DNA of 64,000 bases, taken from positions 2,563 to 66,562 of the forward strand of contig CAIUQE010000001.1 in assembly GCA_903901225.1 (NCBI GenBank). The letters are read 5' to 3'. This document shows positions 30,507-39,234 of the stretch, piece by piece (within the stretch, counting starts at the first letter, position 1; the number at the start of each line of letters is the position of its first letter). The notes below the pieces were generated by a model. The model saw only the letters and a list, made by a program, of their open reading frames with translations. It ran no database searches and was not told the origin of the DNA. The translations under genes were made by a program, and so were the position numbers. The stretch is from Candidatus Omnitrophota bacterium (GTDB lineage Bacteria; Omnitrophota; Gorgyraeia; Zapsychrales; Fredricksoniimonadaceae).

Positions 30507-32170
30507 AAGATAACTTCGTCCTCTTTCTTGTCCCGGGACAACACGCGCCCCAAAGCCTTCGCCGCTTCCGCGGGCTGGATCCCGTTCCCGGGCCGTTTGA
30601 TAGAAAACATGTCTTCCCGCAAACGCGCCCCTTTCTTAAGGTCCCTGGCCGCCACAAGGCTTTTCCTGGCGACCTTCATGATGGCGATCTCGCTCCTGAC
30701 AGGAACTTTCTCCGGGATACCTAAACTGGTTTCGACATGGCGGATACCCTCGACCAGGCGCGCCAGCTCATCCGGCTCGACCGACGCTTTATGGTCAGGG
30801 CCCGGCATATTCCTGTCCAGGGTAAAATGTTTTTCAATGACACAGCACTCAAGTGCCGCCGCGGCAATGGCAATATCTGTCCCTGTCGTATGGTCCGAAT
30901 ACCCGACGGGCAACCCCGTCCTGGCGCGCAAAGATCGGATCACCCGTAAGTTCACTTCATCGAACGGACAGGGATAATTTGTTGTGCAATGCAGCAGGGT
31001 CAACGGCGGATACGGTGCCTTGCCCGTCACCCGCTGGGTACTGCCGATCACCTCAACAGCCTGCTCCACTTCCGCCAACGTCGACATCCCTGTGGAAAGG
31101 ATGATCGGCTTGTTCCGGGAAGCCACATGCCTGAGAAAAGGGATATCCGTGATATTGCCCGATGATATCTTGTACAATGGAACAAGGCCATCCAGAAGAT
31201 CAACGCTTTCCATATCAAATGGCGTCGAAAGGAAAATGATCTTTTTCCCGTCGCAATATTTCTTGAGCTCCATAAAATCCCGCCCTGACAGTTCAAGCTT
31301 TTTCAGCATTTCTAGCTGGCTTTCCTTCCGTCCGGGCATATTCTTTTTTTGATAAGAAGCTTTTTCGGCCATATTGGAAACGAGCTTCTCTGCCTTGAAT
31401 GTCTGGAACTTGACCGCGTCCACGCGTGCCGCCACAGCCGCGTCGATCAGCTTTTTTGCTGTTTCAAGGCTGCCGTTATGGTTCACCCCCGCCTCGGCGA
31501 TAATGAACACCCTGCTCTTTTTTGATAAAGGAACCCTGACACGGCAGGGATTTCCAAAAGCCTTACGGCCTGAGGGAATATCATCCGTCACAACACTCCC
31601 GGAACCGATAAGGCAGTCTTTGCCTATTTTCTTATACTGATTGACCACCGACCTCGCGCCGATATGGGTGCCCTCTCCGACAACAACCCCGCCGCTGAGC
31701 ACAGCCCCGGGCGCGATGTGCGCAAAATCGCCAATGGCACAATCGTGATCGACGGATGCTGAAGTATTAATGATGACATTCCGGCCTGTGACGACGCCGG
31801 GATTAATGGTGGCCGACGGGGCCACGAAGGTCCCATCACCCAGGACAACACCCGCCGCTACGGTAGCACCGGGATGGACCACCGCGGGCAGATGAAACCC
31901 GATCTTCCTGATCTTCGCATCGATCGCCCTGCGGGCGTCACAATGGCCGACAGAACCTACGCCGATAAAAGCGTAACGGACACCTTTCTTGTACACTTTG
32001 GCAAGTTCATCATCTGCGCCCAAAACATTGATACCGGCGACGTTGCTCCCGGCCTTCAGGGCATTATCAACGATCCCCGCGATATCGAACGCCGTGGCGC
32101 ACCGGATGGCATCGATCACCACCCTGGCATGCCCGCCACCGCCTATAAGCACGATCTTCTCTTTACGCAT
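30488..32170 (-). CDS. Fusion protein: NeuD/PglD-family hexapeptide acyltransferase (N-terminal) plus NeuB-family nonulosonate synthase (C-terminal)
   Basis: Residues about 1-210 begin IVLIGGGGHARVVID and carry LbH repeats (NeuD/PglD/WeeI-type sugar acetyltransferase). Residues about 215-560 begin RVFIIAEAGVNHNGSLETAKKLIDAAVAARVDAVKFQTF (NeuB TIM barrel) with a C-terminal SAF-like segment. Confidence 0.8.
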   Translation of the reverse strand: MRKEKIVLIGGGGHARVVIDAIRCATAFDIAGIVDNALKAGSNVAGINVLGADDELAKVYKKGVRYAFIGVGSVGHCDARRAIDAKIRKIGFHLPAVVHPGATVAAGVVLGDGTFVAPSATINPGVVTGRNVIINTSASVDHDCAIGDFAHIAPGAVLSGGVVVGEGTHIGARSVVNQYKKIGKDCLIGSGSVVTDDIPSGRKAFGNPCRVRVPLSKKSRVFIIAEAGVNHNGSLETAKKLIDAAVAARVDAVKFQTFKAEKLVSNMAEKASYQKKNMPGRKESQLEMLKKLELSGRDFMELKKYCDGKKIIFLSTPFDMESVDLLDGLVPLYKISSGNITDIPFLRHVASRNKPIILSTGMSTLAEVEQAVEVIGSTQRVTGKAPYPPLTLLHCTTNYPCPFDEVNLRVIRSLRARTGLPVGYSDHTTGTDIAIAAAALECCVIEKHFTLDRNMPGPDHKASVEPDELARLVEGIRHVETSLGIPEKVPVRSEIAIMKVARKSLVAARDLKKGARLREDMFSIKRPGNGIQPAEAAKALGRVLSRDKKEDEVIFWGDLT

Positions 32171-33323
32171 CGAAGAATTCCTTCTTCAAGAAATCCGCGC
32201 CGATCCGGATGTGCTTCAACTTTTCCTTGATCTTCATGGACGCTCCGCCGCAACCGTATGGATTCTTCATCCCCCGCAACGACTTTCTGAACGCGCCGCT
32301 CAAACCACGCTGAATGGCTTTCGTTATGTCAGCCGCCGCACTGCCGCAATCAATAACATTCCGCGCCTTCACCCGCCCCCGCTGGCGATCGCCGATATTG
32401 ACGACCGGCAATTTAAACGATGGCGCTTCCACAATACCGCTCGAAGAATTACCGATCATGATGTCGGCGCGTTTCAATAAAGAAAGATATCTTATGTGCC
32501 CCAGGGATGTGAACGCCCTGGCACGCCCGCTATTTTTTTTAACATAGCTTTTAATCTTGTTCACAATAACACTGTGCCCGGTGTCCGCGTTAGGCATCGT
32601 AAAAACAATATCTCCATCAAACTTATCCAAAGCCAAAAACACACTCTCCATTTGCTTGCCGGCGGTGTTATGCTCCAGCGTAACAGGATGGTACGTAACA
32701 GTGGCCAGCGGCCGGTCGCCGGAAATTCCGAGAACCCGCGCTAATTCTCCTTTTGATAGAAATTTAAGATGCTTCATGTTATCCATCCCGGGCGCTCCGT
32801 ACATGAATACCCGCTCCGGCGATTCCCCCATCCTGATGATCCTTTGGGCATACAGCTTTGTCGCCGGAAAATGAATGCCGGCCATTTTAGTAATGGCATG
32901 CCGGAAAGCCTCGTCGAGGGCGCCACCCGTTACCTCACCGCCGTGGATATGCGCCAGGGGGATGCGCGCAACATAAGCGGCGACAGCCGCCGCGAAGATC
33001 TCATACCGGTCTCCCAGAACAACGACGACATCCGGCTTAAGTCTTTTATAAACACCACTGAACCCGTCAATGCCGCGGCTGATCGCCCGTGTCATCGGCA
33101 TTTCCTTGCCTGCCGGGGAAAGAACATCCACTTTACCGCTGACCACAAAACCGTCTTGCCTGATCACATCGACAGTAGATCCGAAAGCGGAAGAAAGATG
33201 CGATCCTGTCACGACCACTTGCAGGGCCATCCCCGGATCATCCTTGACGGCCTTTAAAAGCCAGTAAAGATGCCCGTATTCGGCGCGCGATCCCGTCACA
33301 ATGCATATCTTTCGCTGGGGCAT
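32163..33323 (-). CDS. neuC: UDP-N-acetylglucosamine 2-epimerase, hydrolysing type (NeuC/LegG-like)
   Basis: N-terminus KICIVTGSRAEYGHLYWLLKA and downstream HIHGGE motif typical of NeuC-type hydrolysing 2-epimerases. 386 aa. Confidence 0.8.
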   Translation of the reverse strand: MPQRKICIVTGSRAEYGHLYWLLKAVKDDPGMALQVVVTGSHLSSAFGSTVDVIRQDGFVVSGKVDVLSPAGKEMPMTRAISRGIDGFSGVYKRLKPDVVVVLGDRYEIFAAAVAAYVARIPLAHIHGGEVTGGALDEAFRHAITKMAGIHFPATKLYAQRIIRMGESPERVFMYGAPGMDNMKHLKFLSKGELARVLGISGDRPLATVTYHPVTLEHNTAGKQMESVFLALDKFDGDIVFTMPNADTGHSVIVNKIKSYVKKNSGRARAFTSLGHIRYLSLLKRADIMIGNSSSGIVEAPSFKLPVVNIGDRQRGRVKARNVIDCGSAAADITKAIQRGLSGAFRKSLRGMKNPYGCGGASMKIKEKLKHIRIGADFLKKEFFDA

Positions 33324-33324
33324 G

Positions 33325-34437
33325 CTAAGAAGACCCCTTTTTCATAAGTCCTTCAATAGCATCACAGACTTCTTCAATGATCTTTTCCGTATTCAATGTC
33401 GAACTTGGAAGGCAAAGCCCCCGGTCATACAAGCGGTTGGCGTTGTCACAGCTTCCCCTCTGGAACGTGCCAGCGTACTGGAATGTCTGCATGGGCTTAA
33501 AGATCCTGCGTGAAGGAATACCCATTTTCTTCAAACCTTCATGCACCCTGATAACTTCAGCATTATCCTTGAATATGACCGCCGTAAACCACCAGGACGG
33601 ATCCGCGCCGGGATAAATCTCCTGCATGCCGCATATGCCGCGCGCCCGGAGTTTTGCCTCATAGATACGATGAAAAGATTTCTTAAGCTCGATGAACCCG
33701 TTAAGGCGGCTGAGCTGTGCCAGTCCCAGCGCCGCGTTCAAATTCGGCATGCGGTAATTGAACCCGACTTCCTGAAACCCTTCCTGGCCTTCACGCGGAT
33801 TAGCCTGATTGACCAGATAAACAGCCCTATCCAAAACCGTGGATGAACGCGCTACCATCATCCCGCCACCGCCAGTGGTCATCAATTTGTTCCCGTTAAA
33901 ACTGAAACAGCCGATATCGCCGAACATGCCAAGATGCCGGCCTGACAGAAAAGCGCTCAAGGACTCCGTCGCGTCCTCAACAACGAAAATACCTGCGGCG
34001 GCGGCAATGGCCGTAATATGTTCCATATCGCTGGCATTCCCGTAAAGATGCACCGGTATGACAGCCCTGGTCCGTGGCGTGATCGCCGCCTTGAACGCGG
34101 CAGGACAAAGGCACCATGTTTTCGGATCAATGTCAACAATAACGGGCGTAGCCCGGACATACATCACCGCGTGCAGCGTGGCGGCAAACGTCGTCGCAGG
34201 AACAATAACCTCATCACCCTCTCCGACTCCCAGGATGTGCAGGGCCATATGGAGCGCCGCCGTGCCGCTTTGAACCGCGACCGCGCGCGGAGCGCCGACA
34301 ACCCCCGCGAAGGCCTTCTCAAATTCCCCGACCAAAGGGCCGAACGTCGACACATAGCCGCTGTCGATCGCCGCGCAGACCTTTTCTTTTTCAACCGGCC
34401 CGATATCCGGGGCATCCAGGTGTATGGTCTTTGTCAT
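33325..34437 (-). CDS. DegT/DnrJ/EryC1/StrS-family PLP-dependent sugar aminotransferase (PseC/LegC-like)
   Basis: Family-typical core (…DIGPVEKEKVCAAIDSGYVS…, …FSFNGNKLMTTGGGGM… with the PLP-lysine region). The ORF track extends to 34611, but the likely start is the ATG at 34437, abutting the upstream dehydratase stop. Confidence 0.8.
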   Translation of the reverse strand: MTKTIHLDAPDIGPVEKEKVCAAIDSGYVSTFGPLVGEFEKAFAGVVGAPRAVAVQSGTAALHMALHILGVGEGDEVIVPATTFAATLHAVMYVRATPVIVDIDPKTWCLCPAAFKAAITPRTRAVIPVHLYGNASDMEHITAIAAAAGIFVVEDATESLSAFLSGRHLGMFGDIGCFSFNGNKLMTTGGGGMMVARSSTVLDRAVYLVNQANPREGQEGFQEVGFNYRMPNLNAALGLAQLSRLNGFIELKKSFHRIYEAKLRARGICGMQEIYPGADPSWWFTAVIFKDNAEVIRVHEGLKKMGIPSRRIFKPMQTFQYAGTFQRGSCDNANRLYDRGLCLPSSTLNTEKIIEEVCDAIEGLMKKGSS

Positions 34438-34438
34438 A

Positions 34439-35473
34439 TCAGATATTCTTATACTGCCGCGCGTCAGCGTCGGCAAAAACGCCCTCTTCGATCGACGCCT
34501 TGACCTCCCTGATCCCGTCAGGGACGCGTTTGGAAATACGAAAACCCAGGACTTCGCGTATTTTCTTGAACGCAACACGATAGTCGCGGGGGTCCTGGGA
34601 CCTTTGCACATACTTGACCTTCAAGGCAGGAATGAACTTGCGGATCTCGTCCACGAGCATTTGTTTCTGGTAATTCTCGTCGGTGTCGCCGACATTGAAG
34701 ACATTATACGCGACCTTGGCGGCATCCGCCTCGATCGACAGGATGATCGCCTGGGCAAAATCATACACATGGCAGTACGGGCGCCAGAACTGCTCGCCAA
34801 ACACTTCCAATTCGCGGCCAAGGGTGAACTCGCGGGTGAATTCATTGACCGTCAGGTCAAAGCGCATGCGCGGCGATATGCCATAAACCGTCGAAAAACG
34901 CAGGATGACCGGACTGAAACCGGCAGGACGGTCCTTGTCATTCAAAATATGCTGTTCAAATGCCACCTTGGTCTCGGCGTAAAGTGAAACCGGAGATAAC
35001 GCTGAATTTTCATCAACATAGCCGGCGCCATCTTCCATTTTGCCGTAATTGCTGCACGTCGATGAAAAAATAAATTTCTTACAGCCCGCCTTCTTTGCCC
35101 TCGCGTACAGATCACGCGCACCCTCCCCGTTCACTTTACGCGCCAGGTCAGGCTGTTTGGCGCAGGCAGGATCTCCCACAATAGCCGCCAAATGCACAAT
35201 AGCCTCAGGTTTAAAATCAGCAAGAACCCGGTCAATATCTCCGGCAACGGTCACATCGCCTTTGGTGAATGAGAACAGGCTGTCGTGCCAGTGGGCCAGC
35301 AGGCTCTCCCCGCCGAAACTCAAATTATCAAAAACCCGCACCCTATAGCCGGCTTTTAATAAAGCTCCCACAAGGACCGATCCGATATATCCCGCGCCAC
35401 CCGTGACCAAAATTGATTTCTTGTTTGACATAAATAGCTCCCCGCGATGTCCCATTAAACAAATCTTTTTCAA
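34439..35473 (-). CDS. NAD-dependent epimerase/dehydratase (extended SDR). Candidate nucleotide-sugar 4,6-dehydratase of the legionaminic/bacillosamine type (LegB/PglF-core-like).
   Basis: ILVTGGAGYIGS Rossmann motif and YxxxK (YAETK). About 330 aa. Precedes the DegT aminotransferase as in Leg/Pgl pathways. A possible internal start lies at 35431. Confidence 0.7.
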   Translation of the reverse strand: MKKICLMGHRGELFMSNKKSILVTGGAGYIGSVLVGALLKAGYRVRVFDNLSFGGESLLAHWHDSLFSFTKGDVTVAGDIDRVLADFKPEAIVHLAAIVGDPACAKQPDLARKVNGEGARDLYARAKKAGCKKFIFSSTCSNYGKMEDGAGYVDENSALSPVSLYAETKVAFEQHILNDKDRPAGFSPVILRFSTVYGISPRMRFDLTVNEFTREFTLGRELEVFGEQFWRPYCHVYDFAQAIILSIEADAAKVAYNVFNVGDTDENYQKQMLVDEIRKFIPALKVKYVQRSQDPRDYRVAFKKIREVLGFRISKRVPDGIREVKASIEEGVFADADARQYKNI

Positions 35474-35501
35474 AACCCTTCAACAGTGCCTCCGAACCCC
35501 A

Positions 35502-36233
35502 TTATTTCCTTATCGTCCAAAAATCCGCCGCCAGTGTCTCCAAATACGCAAACGGCATCGTAAAGTACCCTTTCATCCCCCATGCTTCGCCCCAGGAATT
35601 ACGCACCAGGAAACGCTTGTCTTTCTGGTCATACCCGACCGCCAGCACCGCGTGCCCACCGAGCATCCGCTCGGTCTTCTTCGGCATCGGGACTTTGCCG
35701 GTCTTGGCCACCTGCGGGGCCTGAAGGCTTTCATAGACCGAAAATCCAAACACGAACGGGAAACCTTCGGACAAACACGACAGCATATCCGCCAGCGTCA
35801 CGATCCTGTGATATGAAACGATCCGGTGTTTCAGACCTTCCTGATAACAGCGCGCGAGGGGCTTGGCCGCGAACTTTTCGATCGCATACGGCCAGGCCTT
35901 CTCCGAACAAACGCCGTTGGCCGCCAATGTTTTGATCCCGTTACGCAACGAGGCCCCCGAATCCGCCGCCACACTGCCCTGAAGCACCCGTTCATTATAA
36001 TAAATGAAAAGCCGGCTGGCATCGGTATAAGCCCCGTCCGCCTCTTTGTCCAGGAATTCAATATTCCCGGCCAACGCGTTGGCCGTGCAGCTGCCCAACT
36101 GGCCCTGGTCTTCGACGGCGGAACAATGGGCGCGAAGGTCAACCGCCACCGGCACCCGCACTTTTGGCCTGATGGCACTGTAATAAAAGTCCCTGCTGTC
36201 CGGTATATCCGGGATCCAACCATATTTCTTCAT
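35502..36233 (-). CDS. Papain-like (C1 family) cysteine peptidase homolog, no signal peptide
   Basis: Gln-oxyanion and Cys nucleophile region QGQLGSCTANA (compare papain QGxCGSCWAF), His region GGHAVLAVGYD and Asn/Trp region NSWGEAWGMKGYF. All three catalytic-triad blocks are present in the canonical order. No N-terminal hydrophobic signal. Confidence 0.65.
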   Translation of the reverse strand: MKKYGWIPDIPDSRDFYYSAIRPKVRVPVAVDLRAHCSAVEDQGQLGSCTANALAGNIEFLDKEADGAYTDASRLFIYYNERVLQGSVAADSGASLRNGIKTLAANGVCSEKAWPYAIEKFAAKPLARCYQEGLKHRIVSYHRIVTLADMLSCLSEGFPFVFGFSVYESLQAPQVAKTGKVPMPKKTERMLGGHAVLAVGYDQKDKRFLVRNSWGEAWGMKGYFTMPFAYLETLAADFWTIRK

Positions 36234-37276
36234 GCCACACTCCCTTCTGCAAGCATCCTGCCATCACCACCAACATTCCCCTTGGCTCTGTCTGCCTCAA
36301 GTTCGTAAAACTCATTGAGTTTCTGCTGTAATATCTCCTTCCGGGGCAAACATGTCTTGTACTCGGCCACCAGCGCGGGAGAAAGCGTACGGCTTAACGC
36401 GTATTCGACAACTTCGGAATCTTTAGACTTGCACAAAAGAATACCAATGCTCGGTTTTTCATGCGCTTTGCGAACATCACGATCCAGGGCTTCGAGATAG
36501 AATGAAAGCTGGCCCATATATCCTGGTTTAAAGTCATCGATCTTCAATTCAAATGCCACCAGGCACGAAAGCCCGCGATGAAAAAACAATAGGTCCACAA
36601 AGAAATCTTGTCCGCCTACTTGAAGTCGATACTCCTCACCTGCAAAACAAAAATCACGGCCTAATTCCATAAGAAATTTCTTCAAATTTGAAACAAGCCC
36701 GTTCTTCAGGTCTTTTTCAGAATGATTATCAGGTAAATTCAGGAAATCCAACAAATAAATATCCTTAAACTCTTCCTGAGCATCAGGGAATAAAAATGCG
36801 GCCGGTGGTGATACTTTTGCCGGAAGAAGCACTTTACGTTCAAACAAACACCCATCGATCTGTCGTTCCAGTTCCCTCTTGGACAAACGATCCTTGATCG
36901 CCAGACGTATATAAAATTCCCGTTCTTCTGACAGTTTACATTTATTCAAAACGATCAAATGATGCGCCCAGGGTAATTGTCTCACCAACGGTGAGACTTT
37001 TGCATCATGCCGGTAAGCCTCATATAACTGCCTCATCCTGAACAGGTTGGGACGGGTAAATCCTTTTAAATCAGGGTGATCCTTCGCAATATGATGCGCA
37101 AGATTGTCAATAACCCCTTCCCCCCAGGAGGCAGATTCAACCTTTTGGCTTATATATTGCCCCACCTGCCAGTATAAATCTATCAATACAGTATTGACCG
37201 CTTGGTACGCTTTATGGCGAGCCCCGCGGATCAAATTCACCACTTCACTGAAAGACTGTTCAAGAACTTCGCTCAC
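36230..37276 (-). CDS. YhcG/DUF1016-family PDDEXK nuclease homolog
   Basis: N-terminal …VNTVLIDLYWQVGQYI…WGEGVIDNLAHHI…GFTRPNLFRMRQLYEAY… pattern and C-terminal PD-(D/E)xK-like …FELKIDDFKPGYMGQLSFYL…IGILLC… block characteristic of DUF1016. 4-bp overlap with the downstream peptidase gene. Confidence 0.7.
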   Translation of the reverse strand: MSEVLEQSFSEVVNLIRGARHKAYQAVNTVLIDLYWQVGQYISQKVESASWGEGVIDNLAHHIAKDHPDLKGFTRPNLFRMRQLYEAYRHDAKVSPLVRQLPWAHHLIVLNKCKLSEEREFYIRLAIKDRLSKRELERQIDGCLFERKVLLPAKVSPPAAFLFPDAQEEFKDIYLLDFLNLPDNHSEKDLKNGLVSNLKKFLMELGRDFCFAGEEYRLQVGGQDFFVDLLFFHRGLSCLVAFELKIDDFKPGYMGQLSFYLEALDRDVRKAHEKPSIGILLCKSKDSEVVEYALSRTLSPALVAEYKTCLPRKEILQQKLNEFYELEADRAKGNVGGDGRMLAEGSVA

Positions 37277-37523
37277 TCAAAGGCTCCGATTTCCTTATAG
37301 TCTAAGAAGCTGTGGTTCCAACGCAATTATCGTGACAGTGTCGCGACAATCTCTTGTCCATACTCCGCGCGCCGCCTCGATGAGCGAACGAACGTCATTA
37401 AGCACCTTGGTATCTAGGGTTACAACCGCAACTGTCTTCTTTACAGACTTTGCCTTTACCATAACTGACTCACCATCCAGAAATCCACGCCGTCCGATAT
37501 GTCCGCGACCAATCCATATTTTT

Positions 37524-38102
37524 TCATGCCACACTCCCTTGTGCCAACAACCTGTCTTCTCCAAGACTTTGTGTCAGAAAGGCTTCATCCCTGGCAAGTT
37601 CATCGATCACCTGCACAGCGCGAACACCTTCAGGCACGATCACCCCTTCACGGCATATCAGGATGATCCCGTCGACCGGAATATCCCGCACTTCTTCGAT
37701 GTGCCATAATTCATGCTGGCCGAAAAATTCTTCCATCAAAACCATCTCGATAAGGCCCGCCAGGTCCGAAGCCCCCAGCACATAAAATTTGCGCACACCC
37801 GTAACATGCAGCCGTGCGAGCAACCCTTCAATATTCTTTTTAACTAACCCGATGGAGTTCAACGTCTTAAGCGTGTATTTGACGGATTTTTGCATCTTTT
37901 CAGCAAAACCCTTGGGCGTCAACAGGTATTCAACCTTCTTTTTATTGAGCTGTTTGATGCGGATATGGCCTTTGGTCAAAAGCCGGTGGATGAGCATGTT
38001 GGTCATGCCCAGCGAAAGGTTCATCTGGCGGGAAATTTCGCGCTGGCTGGCGCCCAATTCCCCGCCGATGATATTGATCAATTCAAATTCCCGTTCATCC
38101 AT
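37524..38102 (-). CDS. Winged-helix (MarR-like, possibly EPS-associated) transcriptional regulator with C-terminal extension
   Basis: N-terminal about 95 aa, LINIIGGELGASQREISRQMNLSLGMTNMLIHRLLTKGHI…, has the wHTH layout of MarR-type regulators. A perfect palindrome lies 24 bp upstream of its start codon. Confidence 0.55.
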   Translation of the reverse strand: MDEREFELINIIGGELGASQREISRQMNLSLGMTNMLIHRLLTKGHIRIKQLNKKKVEYLLTPKGFAEKMQKSVKYTLKTLNSIGLVKKNIEGLLARLHVTGVRKFYVLGASDLAGLIEMVLMEEFFGQHELWHIEEVRDIPVDGIILICREGVIVPEGVRAVQVIDELARDEAFLTQSLGEDRLLAQGSVA

Positions 38103-38125
38103 GATAAAGGCCCAATTTCCTCAAC

Positions 38126-38142
38126 TGTTCAAATAATGAACA
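38126..38142. promoter_or_regulatory. Perfect palindrome TGTTCA-AATAA-TGAACA; candidate operator upstream of the wHTH regulator gene
   Basis: Read directly in the sequence 24 bp upstream of the minus-strand ATG at 38100-38102, in the AT-rich intergenic region between the regulator and galE. Confidence 0.3.
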
Positions 38143-38185
38143 ATTATAACAAATCAAAGCCTTTTGTCAAAAAGTATTGTGCCAA

Positions 38186-39205
38186 TTACGCTTTGGAACG
38201 AGAGTGAAAAGAATTTGCGGCCTTTTCCTGCGCCATTTCCCAGGCCCAGGCTGAAGCAATGATCTCCTGAAGGTCGCGCGAAGGCTTCCATCCCAGAAGT
38301 TTACGCGCTTTGGCAAACGAAGCCACGACCTTAACGCAATCACCCGGACGGCGGGGGCCGTAAATGACCGACACCGGACGCCCAATGACTTTCTCCGTTG
38401 TCTTAATGACCTCTTTAACGGAAAATCCGCGGCCATTGCCAAGATTGATCATTTCATTTTTGACGCGCCCCGTGAACAGCTTGAGCAACGCTAACAGATG
38501 GGCATCGCACAGGTCCAGCACATGGATATAGTCGCGGACGCAACTGCCATCAGGCGTGTCATAATCAGTCCCGAAGACCGTAAGCGCCTGCTGGAGCAGT
38601 ATCGAGCGCATGACATTGGGGATAAGGTGCGTCGGTTTCTCCATCTTGATGCCGATATCGCCCGAAGGATGGGCACCGGCCACGTTGAAATACCGCAGGG
38701 CAATGAAATCCACCTTACCGGCGCGCGCCATATCGCCAAGGATCTGTTCGGCGATGACCTTGGTGGCACCATAAGGATTTGCCACTTTCAAAGGCTCATC
38801 CTCAAGGATGGGGTTCTTCAACGGTTCGCCATAAACACACGCCGAAGAAGAAAAAACGATGCGGCGCACACCCGCCTCCTCCATGGCCCTGAGCAGATTG
38901 AGCGTGCCTGTCACATTATTGTCATAATACTTCAAAGGATCGCTCACGGATTCCGGGACAACGATCACGGCCGCGTAATGAATGACAGCGTCGATGCTGA
39001 ATTTCCGGAAAACCTTTCGGATATCATCGAGCCGGCGCAGGTCACCCTTGACCAGCGGCACGCCCGCCGGGATGAATTCCCTGTGCCCGGTCGAAAGATT
39101 ATCGAATATAACAGGCGCGTAACCCCCGTCAAGAAGAAGGCGCGCCATATGGGAACCGATATAACCCGCCCCGCCCGTCACCAGGATCATCTTTTTTTTC
39201 ATCAA
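38186..39205 (-). CDS. galE: UDP-glucose 4-epimerase
   Basis: ILVTGGAGYIGSH N-terminus, YxxxK (YGATK), length 339 aa and overall GalE block order (…FIHVLDLCDAH…). Confidence 0.85.
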   Translation of the reverse strand: MMKKKMILVTGGAGYIGSHMARLLLDGGYAPVIFDNLSTGHREFIPAGVPLVKGDLRRLDDIRKVFRKFSIDAVIHYAAVIVVPESVSDPLKYYDNNVTGTLNLLRAMEEAGVRRIVFSSSACVYGEPLKNPILEDEPLKVANPYGATKVIAEQILGDMARAGKVDFIALRYFNVAGAHPSGDIGIKMEKPTHLIPNVMRSILLQQALTVFGTDYDTPDGSCVRDYIHVLDLCDAHLLALLKLFTGRVKNEMINLGNGRGFSVKEVIKTTEKVIGRPVSVIYGPRRPGDCVKVVASFAKARKLLGWKPSRDLQEIIASAWAWEMAQEKAANSFHSRSKA

Positions 39206-39234
39206 GCACCTTTCCTAAACGATATCCCCGGGGA

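Noticed and set aside
37295-37564. Small minus-strand ORF (89 aa; possible 55-aa version from the ATG at 37462) between the wHTH regulator and the YhcG-like gene
   Set aside because: It overlaps the 3' end of the regulator gene in another frame and has no recognisable motif. It could be a real small protein such as an antitoxin-like peptide, but the sequence alone does not support a call.
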